Part shown: positions 57,423-64,000 of the stretch, one piece after another | How positions within the stretch are numbered: position 1 is the stretch's first letter | Layout of the letters: each line of letters opens with the position of its first letter | NCBI GenBank assembly: GCA_965222375.1 | Contig: CBDCTZ010000016.1 | Coordinates: 864,001-928,000, forward strand | Reading direction: 5' to 3' | Origin: Polyangiaceae bacterium | GTDB lineage: Bacteria > Myxococcota_A > Polyangia > Polyangiales > Polyangiaceae | Length of the DNA stretch: 64,000 nt | The notes under the pieces: generated by a model | The model's input: only the letters and a program-made list of their open reading frames with translations | The model's database searches: none | Told to the model about the DNA's origin: nothing | Made by a program: the position numbers and the translations under genes

Positions 57423-59780
57423 TCAGTGTGCGTGCGTCTGGTAGACGAAGACATCCAAGATGCTGCGAAGCGCCGAGACGGATTCGCGTTGTCGTGGCGA
57501 GCCTCGCACCACTAGGTCGGAGCGCTCGTCGTAGTCTTTGGTCCAGGCAAACGCCGAGACCCTTCCGGTCACTCGATCGAGTATCAAGTTCAGCTCCGGG
57601 GTGCGCGCAGACACGATGCCCAGAGGATCTCGATTCCGATGCTTGGCTTCCGTGACGTACATCTGCCCGAAGAGCAATTGGGGCCGTAGAGTCTTGCCAG
57701 CGGTGATCTCGGGAATCAACGAAAAGCCCCGAACCACCATAGGCGTCTTTCGGGAGATGACGTTTGCCAGGGTGGGCAGAATGTCCAGAGTCGAGCAGAG
57801 CCCGGAGAGCCGTCGCGCTCGGATGAAGCGCGCATTGAAGGCGAGGGGTACCTGCAGCACCACCGACGACAGGTCCATGCCATAGCCGGTGGTGGCGTGG
57901 CGTGGCAGGTCGAAACCCACGCCATGGTCGGCACTCATGACCACGAGGGCTTCGCCGGACAGTTCGTTCTGAACCGCCTCCAGCAGTCGGCCGACATGGC
58001 CATCCGTGAAGCTCAGCTCGGCGTCATAACGCTCCTCGGGCTTCTTGCCGTAGCGCGGTCCGCCTTTGGGCTCCGTGATGGGTGAATGCAGGTCGTAGTA
58101 GTGCACCCAAAGGAACAGCGGTTTGCTGCCACGCTGTCGCAGCGCCTGCAGTGCCGCGTCGGTGACTCGGTCCGCATTGAGGCTGTTGGCGTTCGTCCAG
58201 CCCTTGGAGGGCCCCTCGTCGACCTTGTTGAAGCCTTGGGTGATGCCCTTCCACCGCTTGCCGAAGTAGTAGTGGGGGATGACTGCAGCTGTCTCGTAGC
58301 CAGCGTCCCGCAGCACCTCCGCCATGGTGATGTTCTCGTCTTCAATCTCGAAGGGCTGACGCCCCTCGTTGCCGCGGGCGATTTCCGAATCGAATCGGGA
58401 GGTGAACATGCTGGGCAGAGACAGCCGCGTGGAGGGTCCCTGGCTGAAGCAGTTCTCGAACACCGCACTGGCCTTCATGAAAGCGTCGATCTTTGGTGCG
58501 GGATCGCGTTTCGCTCCAAAACTGGCCAGATGCCGCGGCGCGAAGGCGTCCAGGGTGATGAGCACGATGGGCGGCTTGTCCGGAAAGCCCTCGGGCAAGG
58601 CGTGGTCGAAACGCCCGCGGATGTCCTTGAGATCTCGCGTGGAGAGATCTTCTCCATCGCAGTTTTCGTCGACGCTGTTGCCGGGAATGTCGACCGCGCC
58701 GGCGTAGATCCTGGGGTTGGAGCCATCGCAGTCGCGGCCGCCGAAGCCATTCAGATGCCCGTCTCGATCGAAATCGAACGCCGCCACGAGCAAAGCATGG
58801 CCAAGCTTGCCGAAGTGAGTGCCGCGGCTCATGGCGTCCAGGGCTCCGCCGGACTCCGGCCCCAACTTGGTTCCGGAATGGAGGCCAAAGCCGAGCGTGG
58901 CGATCCAGGCCAGGCGGACAACCCAGCCCAGGGCGCGGATTCGACCGATCAGCGCGAGAAGCACGATCAGCAGCAAGGAGCCGAGTAGAGTGACGACACC
59001 GAAGAGCACGTCGCCAAAGGGCAAGTAGGGCAGCGCGAACCTGAGCAGGTAGGCGCCCGCGCCGGCGGCCACCAGCACACTGAGCAGCACGCCCGCAGCA
59101 ATGCGGCGCGGCGTGCGAGCTGGCACACCCAGAAAAGGAATGCGCCCGAAGTGATGGATCAGAAAGCGCATCCATGCGTGCAGTGCCGGCCACAGCACGA
59201 CCGCCGCCACTGCGAAGCCCAAATGCGCGCTGGCTACCACCAGAGCCGCGTTGATGGGTCGCACGACATGAATCACCGTTTCCCGGGTCGCCAGGGTCGA
59301 GCAGAGCAGCGCCGCAGCCGTGATCAACAGTCCGCTGACGATACTGGCGCTATGCCTCGTGCGCGTCGCCGCGTCCTCTGGCGACAGATACGCCCATACG
59401 TTCTTCGCGGCCCTTGCAAGCAGTGCCCAGAAGCGCCACACGGGCTCACGAGTTCGCGTGGCCCACACTGCAGCGAGAGGCAGCGCCACCAGGGCTGCAA
59501 CCAGTGCCGACAGAAAGAGACCCGCCGCTGCGCCCGTAGCGAACAGCCCGTCCAGCACCGCATAGCGCGCCAACCCCGCCTGGTCATATAGCCAGGCACA
59601 GAGCGCTACGCACTGGCCCCAGGCGAGCACGCTGTGCGCTGCTCGCCAGCGGCTGCGCTTCGCCGCGGTGCGAGGGCTAACGCTCGCACCCGCAGATGTT
59701 GCGGAGTTTGGCTCGCTTGCCACCGTGTTCCCCGGCGGCAAGCCCGCGTCGGATGAGCCGTGGGTCATGGACTGCGCCAA
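57423..59780 (-). CDS. Membrane-anchored sulfatase/LTA-synthase-like hydrolase or transferase with MopE-like Cys/Asp repeat
   Basis: About 9 TM helices; DCDGSNPRIYAGAVDIPGNSVDENCDG; LITLDA, GPSTRLSLPS, WVHYYDLH, SADHG. Confidence 0.85.
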   Translation of the reverse strand: MAQSMTHGSSDAGLPPGNTVASEPNSATSAGASVSPRTAAKRSRWRAAHSVLAWGQCVALCAWLYDQAGLARYAVLDGLFATGAAAGLFLSALVAALVALPLAAVWATRTREPVWRFWALLARAAKNVWAYLSPEDAATRTRHSASIVSGLLITAAALLCSTLATRETVIHVVRPINAALVVASAHLGFAVAAVVLWPALHAWMRFLIHHFGRIPFLGVPARTPRRIAAGVLLSVLVAAGAGAYLLRFALPYLPFGDVLFGVVTLLGSLLLIVLLALIGRIRALGWVVRLAWIATLGFGLHSGTKLGPESGGALDAMSRGTHFGKLGHALLVAAFDFDRDGHLNGFGGRDCDGSNPRIYAGAVDIPGNSVDENCDGEDLSTRDLKDIRGRFDHALPEGFPDKPPIVLITLDAFAPRHLASFGAKRDPAPKIDAFMKASAVFENCFSQGPSTRLSLPSMFTSRFDSEIARGNEGRQPFEIEDENITMAEVLRDAGYETAAVIPHYYFGKRWKGITQGFNKVDEGPSKGWTNANSLNADRVTDAALQALRQRGSKPLFLWVHYYDLHSPITEPKGGPRYGKKPEERYDAELSFTDGHVGRLLEAVQNELSGEALVVMSADHGVGFDLPRHATTGYGMDLSSVVLQVPLAFNARFIRARRLSGLCSTLDILPTLANVISRKTPMVVRGFSLIPEITAGKTLRPQLLFGQMYVTEAKHRNRDPLGIVSARTPELNLILDRVTGRVSAFAWTKDYDERSDLVVRGSPRQRESVSALRSILDVFVYQTHAH

Positions 59781-59880
59781 CCATTGCTCGGGGGGATGCG
59801 TTCGGGCAAGTCAGAACCTCTGCCAACGGCGCTGCTCACCGGGCTTCCACTGGGACGGCGCTCTGGTATCGTGCCCGCGC

Positions 59881-60624
59881 ATGGCCGCTTCAGCGCCCGC
59901 CGCAGGCGAAAATACGCTCATCGTCACGCCCACTTACAACGAGCGTTACAATTTGCCGCTGTTCGCCCGGGCAACCTTGGAAGTTGCGCCCAAGGCACAC
60001 TTGCTCATCGTCGATGACGCATCGCCGGACGGCACGGGCGCGGTTGCCGAGGAGTTGGCCGCCGACGACGAGCGCATTTCCGTGCTGCACCGGGCGGGCA
60101 AGCTGGGCCTGGGCACGGCCTACATCGAAGGCTTCCAGCGCGGGCTCGAGCAAGGTTACGACTACTTCCTGGAGATGGACACGGATCTGTCTCATGACCC
60201 GAACTACCTGCCTGCGTTCTTCAAGGCCTTCAGCGACGGGGCGCAATTGGTCATTGGTTCCCGCAACGTGCGGGGTGGCGGGGTGGAGGGCTGGGGGCTG
60301 GGTCGGCACGTGTTGTCGAAAGGGGGCTCCCTGTACGCGCGCAGCATCTTGGGCGTGAAGGTGCGTGACCTCACCAGCGGCTACAAGGGCTACACGCGTC
60401 GCGCTTTGGACTGCATCGACCTGTCGAGCATCGACTCGAATGGCTACTCATTTCAGATCGAAACGACCTACCGTGCTCTGCGCCAGGGCATGCAAGTGGC
60501 TGAGGTCCCCATCGTGTTCGTGGATCGCCGCGCTGGCGAAAGCAAAATGAGCCGGCGCATTTTTGCAGAAGCCGTCGTGATGGTGTGGAAGCTTCGGCTT
60601 TCGGCCCTGCGCGGCGAGATCTGA
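59881..60624 (+). CDS. Polyprenol-phosphate mannose synthase-like GT2 (DPM1/Ppm1)
   Basis: PTYNE, VDDASPDGTG, KLGLGTAY, EMDTDLSH, GYSFQIE, F.DRRAGESKMS. Confidence 0.92.
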   Translation: MAASAPAAGENTLIVTPTYNERYNLPLFARATLEVAPKAHLLIVDDASPDGTGAVAEELAADDERISVLHRAGKLGLGTAYIEGFQRGLEQGYDYFLEMDTDLSHDPNYLPAFFKAFSDGAQLVIGSRNVRGGGVEGWGLGRHVLSKGGSLYARSILGVKVRDLTSGYKGYTRRALDCIDLSSIDSNGYSFQIETTYRALRQGMQVAEVPIVFVDRRAGESKMSRRIFAEAVVMVWKLRLSALRGEI

Positions 60625-60627
60625 ATC

Positions 60628-62214
60628 GTGCCTCCGCCTTCAAGCTACCGAAGGGAACTGTTGTGGGCCCTTCTGGTGCTCGGGGTGTTGGCGTACTCCA
60701 CGATGTATCCCGGCATCGGTGCGCCCAATGAGCGCTCACGTTTGTATTTGGCCGTTGCGCTGATCGACACCGGTAGCCTGAGTATCGACGAACCCGTGCG
60801 CAGGTTTGGCCATATCTTCGATACAGCCACCTTTGGCGGCCAGCTGTTTTCAGACAAGGCGCCGGGCTCTAGCTTTCTCGCGGCCGGGCTCTACGCGGTG
60901 GCCAAGTGGCTGTCGGCACCCGACGTGCTCGGCATCGAGGCGCTGCTCTCACTGATGCGGCGGGGCTTGATGGTGCCCCTGGGCGTGGCGGGCTTCTTGC
61001 TGTTGCGCAGTGTGTTGCGTCGCACTGGTGTGGTGCAACCGGTCGTCGACCTGTGCTCTCTTGGCTGGATCCTCGGTAGCGCCGCGTTTCACTACAGCAC
61101 GGCGTTCTTCGGCCACCAGATTGTCGCCACGGCACTCTTGCTGGCCCTTCGCCTCACCATGGCTGCGGAGAGCTGTGGCGCCGGGCACAGTTGGCGAAAG
61201 CTGCTCTTGGCTTGGGGCGCCGGAGCCTCGGCCGGCTTGGCGGGTCTGACCGAATATCAAGCCGGCATTCCTGCCGCGCTGCTTGCGGTGTACGTCGTTG
61301 CCGGCCCGCTGCGGCGCCGCGGCTTGGGCGTTCTGAGTTTCGCGCTCGGCGCGCTGCCCTTTCTGCTGCTCTTGGGCTGGTACAACGACAAGGCGTTCGG
61401 TGGCCCGCTGGAGCTTTCCTATCACTACCTGACGAACCCGAGCCTGCATCAGATCCACACCCAAGGGATCGGAGGCGTGACGGTGCCGCAGTGGGAGAGC
61501 TTTGAAGGCGGCGTGCTGAGCTTGCACCGAGGCTTGTTGGGCTCGAGCCCGATGTTCGCCTTTGCCATCTTGGGCGTGCCGCGCATGTGGAAAGTCGTCG
61601 GGCCGCGCCTGACGCTGCTGCTAACCGCTACGTCTTTCTACTACTTGGCGTTCATCTCCAGCTCCAATATGTGGTTCGCGGGCTGGGGGTTCGGCCCGCG
61701 CTTGCTGGTTCCCGCCCTCGGCTGGATGAGCGTGTTGGTCGCCCACGGCGCGCAGAGTGTGCTGCGCTGGCCCATCGGGGACGGGCTGTTTCGGGGCAGC
61801 GTGTTGGTCGGCGTCGTGGTGTGTCAGGCGATGCAGGCGTTCTTCGCGGAGCCGCCGGAGACCATGACGAATCCAATCATGGACGTCGCCGTCGTGCTGT
61901 ATCGCGCTGAGCTGGTCGCACCTAATCTCACTCGCGCCGCCCTGGGTGATCTATGGAGCCTGGCACCGCTTGCGGTGGCGCTGGCGCTGATCCTGGGTTA
62001 CCTGCTGTTGTTTCGTGGTACGCCGCGCCGGCCGCTCTTCCGCCCCCTCGTGCCCGTGCTGGCACTCGCGTTGCTGCCCGCGTTTTTCGGTGTCGTCCGC
62101 TCAAAGGGGCCATCTTTCAGCGAGCGAAAGCAGTCGGACTTCGTTCGCTTCGTGCGCCGCGTGGACACCGGCAGAATCCGAACTCCGGGCGCTATCAGGC
62201 CCTTGCGCCCGTGA
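60628..62214 (+). CDS. Polytopic membrane protein, putative GT-C
   Basis: PNERSR, FSDKAPGSS, YSTAFFGH, WGFGPRLLVP; directly follows the Ppm1-like gene. Confidence 0.72.
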   Translation: MPPPSSYRRELLWALLVLGVLAYSTMYPGIGAPNERSRLYLAVALIDTGSLSIDEPVRRFGHIFDTATFGGQLFSDKAPGSSFLAAGLYAVAKWLSAPDVLGIEALLSLMRRGLMVPLGVAGFLLLRSVLRRTGVVQPVVDLCSLGWILGSAAFHYSTAFFGHQIVATALLLALRLTMAAESCGAGHSWRKLLLAWGAGASAGLAGLTEYQAGIPAALLAVYVVAGPLRRRGLGVLSFALGALPFLLLLGWYNDKAFGGPLELSYHYLTNPSLHQIHTQGIGGVTVPQWESFEGGVLSLHRGLLGSSPMFAFAILGVPRMWKVVGPRLTLLLTATSFYYLAFISSSNMWFAGWGFGPRLLVPALGWMSVLVAHGAQSVLRWPIGDGLFRGSVLVGVVVCQAMQAFFAEPPETMTNPIMDVAVVLYRAELVAPNLTRAALGDLWSLAPLAVALALILGYLLLFRGTPRRPLFRPLVPVLALALLPAFFGVVRSKGPSFSERKQSDFVRFVRRVDTGRIRTPGAIRPLRP

Positions 62215-62237
62215 CCGGGTCAGAGCATCGTCAGCCG

Positions 62238-63236
62238 ATGTCGGCAAGCGGCGCGAAGGTCGGGACGCTGTGGGATCGCATCAGGGAAGGCCTGCTGCTG
62301 CGCCAAGCCGAAGAGCGCGCTGCTGCCTTTTCCGCCACCACGGCGGAAGAGCTCAAGCGCTTGACGACCGGCGCACGTAGCCGCTGGCAAGTCGCGCGCG
62401 CCCTCCGGGATTCGGGTGAGGCTGCTGCTTCGGCAACCCTCTACCGCGAGGTCGCCATGCATCTCGTGGCCGCGCTGTGGGTCGCTGAAGGCACGGAGCT
62501 CGAAGAGCAGTCGCCTATGGATGCTCTGGAGGCTCGGCTTCAAGACGTGGAATTTGCGGGCTTTTCGTCAAAGGACCTGGAAGACAAAGCGCCCTTGCGT
62601 CGAACGATCGAACTCGCAAACTCCGCTGACACGTTGCACTTCGACGCCATGAGCGCCGTAGACGCGCGTCTGCACCTGGAGGCTGTGGACGCCGCGCTCA
62701 CGCGCATGGCACGGGGCATCGAGCCCCGCTCCGTGAGTGAGATCAAACGTTCTCGCTGGGCTCGAATCCTCGCTGGAGCACTCGGAATCATCGCGCTGCT
62801 CGCAGGTGGTCTGTATCTGCTGCTGGCACCCAAAAACATCGCCTTCGGCAAGCCGGTCATTGCGGACAGCTACTGGCCAGGGAGTGCTCCTGCAGACACT
62901 CTCGTCAACGGCAACATCGAAGATCCCTGGGGCTCTGCCACGGCCCAGAACGGCAAAGCCTGGTTTCGCATCGATCTGCAAGCCCCCATGCACGTGACGG
63001 GCGCGAAGATCGTGAATCGCAAGGATCGATTTGCCAACGTCAATCAAGGGGTAGTGGTCGAGATTTCCGATGACGACCACCACTTCAAGGAAGTTGCGAG
63101 CTCCGACAAGACCAAGCAGCCCGGCGAATCCTGGCGCTTTCGAAAGATCGACGCCAAAGGTCGCTTTGTGCGTGTCCGCCGCCTCAAGGGCGCCGGCAGC
63201 TTTGCCCTGAGCGAAATCGAGATCTACGGCGAATAG
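62238..63236 (+). CDS. Membrane protein with C-terminal F5/8 type C (discoidin) domain
   Basis: TM followed by NIAFGKPV...WFRIDL...NRKD...GRFVRV...LSEIEIYG. Confidence 0.82.
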   Translation: MSASGAKVGTLWDRIREGLLLRQAEERAAAFSATTAEELKRLTTGARSRWQVARALRDSGEAAASATLYREVAMHLVAALWVAEGTELEEQSPMDALEARLQDVEFAGFSSKDLEDKAPLRRTIELANSADTLHFDAMSAVDARLHLEAVDAALTRMARGIEPRSVSEIKRSRWARILAGALGIIALLAGGLYLLLAPKNIAFGKPVIADSYWPGSAPADTLVNGNIEDPWGSATAQNGKAWFRIDLQAPMHVTGAKIVNRKDRFANVNQGVVVEISDDDHHFKEVASSDKTKQPGESWRFRKIDAKGRFVRVRRLKGAGSFALSEIEIYGE

Positions 63237-63247
63237 GCTCGGCCGCG

Positions 63248-64000
63248 TCAGTTTTTCGGCAGCTCGGCGTTGAGGGGTGGTTGCTGGATGACCACCTTGC
63301 CGTCCGGGAAGAAGTCGGCGAACGCCGGGTCGTGAGTGAACTCCAAGCGTTCCGCGATGGCCTGCGCTCGCGCCAAATCGAGCTTGATGCCATGCGCGGC
63401 GAGATCTCCGCGCATTCGATGGTGCAGGCGCTGGATGCGCTGGAAGGTCGACAAGTACGCGCCACGCCAAATCGCCAGGTATGGGCGGTGATCCATCGGG
63501 TTCGCCGACAGCAGACGTCGTACACGGTTTGAAGGTAGGAAAGTGTAGGTGCTCACTTCCGGGTGCTGGCGCAGCACCCAATTGCGCGTGTTGGAAAAGC
63601 GCGTGTAGGACAGCGCACGAATATCCTGGTCGATGTTGTACAGGACGCCTTGCCGGTTGATCGCACCGGGCTGGTGGGACACGTAGGGCACAAAGGGATC
63701 GAGCACGAAAACGAGCTTTGCTCCTCGCTGAATCGCTTCGATGAAGTCAGAGGTGCGAGTCACCGCGCCGTCTTCGTAGTAGCGGTCTTCGATTTCCACT
63801 GACGAAAACGCCGGGTGCACGCTGAGAGACGCCTGAATGGCCTGGCTGATCGGGATGTGGTTCACGCTGTCGTGGCCGAACAGCACGTGCCGGCGCAGAT
63901 CTTGATCCGTTGCGCCAACGAACAATGGACGCCGTAGCTTCCGGAAGTCGTTCGTGGAGCCGGGCTGGTCGAAGATGTCGCGTAGGATGCGCTCGAAGCC
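63248..64000 (-). CDS. Patatin-like phospholipase family protein (5' end outside the window)
   Basis: FVGATD...VLFG...ISQAIQAS...YYEDGAV; ORF runs off the window edge. Confidence 0.75.
   Translation of the reverse strand, partial: GFERILRDIFDQPGSTNDFRKLRRPLFVGATDQDLRRHVLFGHDSVNHIPISQAIQASLSVHPAFSSVEIEDRYYEDGAVTRTSDFIEAIQRGAKLVFVLDPFVPYVSHQPGAINRQGVLYNIDQDIRALSYTRFSNTRNWVLRQHPEVSTYTFLPSNRVRRLLSANPMDHRPYLAIWRGAYLSTFQRIQRLHHRMRGDLAAHGIKLDLARAQAIAERLEFTHDPAFADFFPDGKVVIQQPPLNAELPKN

Noticed and set aside
1..64000. tRNA, rRNA, prophage or known anti-phage defence genes
   Set aside because: None recognised by eye; short RNAs could have been missed without tRNAscan or Infernal

Overview
GC-rich 64 kb window that looks myxobacterial, probably Polyangiales/Sorangiineae-like. 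This is inferred from a MYXO-CTERM protein, many lipoproteins with Gly/Ser/Ala linkers, Cys-rich proteins and a Ser/Thr kinase-FGE fusion. Main content: (1) secreted or lipoprotein enzymes, an MCP and a histidine kinase; (2) a HUH/Y1 RAYT-like transposase preceded by an inverted repeat pair, whose core (CAACCCGGGTG) recurs about 19 times in the window, including in-frame inside genes; (3) a complete IS21 element with a 7-bp target duplication; (4) a large envelope glycosylation/modification region (about nine GT-C-like membrane proteins, a GT2-PaaK/CapK fusion, AsnB, three methyltransferases, a polyprenol-P-sugar synthase) that also holds several pseudogenes; (5) an NAD-linked formate dehydrogenase whose alpha subunit has an in-frame Sec UGA and a SECIS. 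The most striking unannotated signal is at 24795-25066: a full sigma54 promoter architecture (paired palindromes, IHF-like site, -24/-12 box) upstream of a ~157-nt three-hairpin, U-tailed candidate small RNA with two near-identical C-rich anti-Shine-Dalgarno-like loops. All calls were made by eye from motifs; no database searches or folding programs were run.
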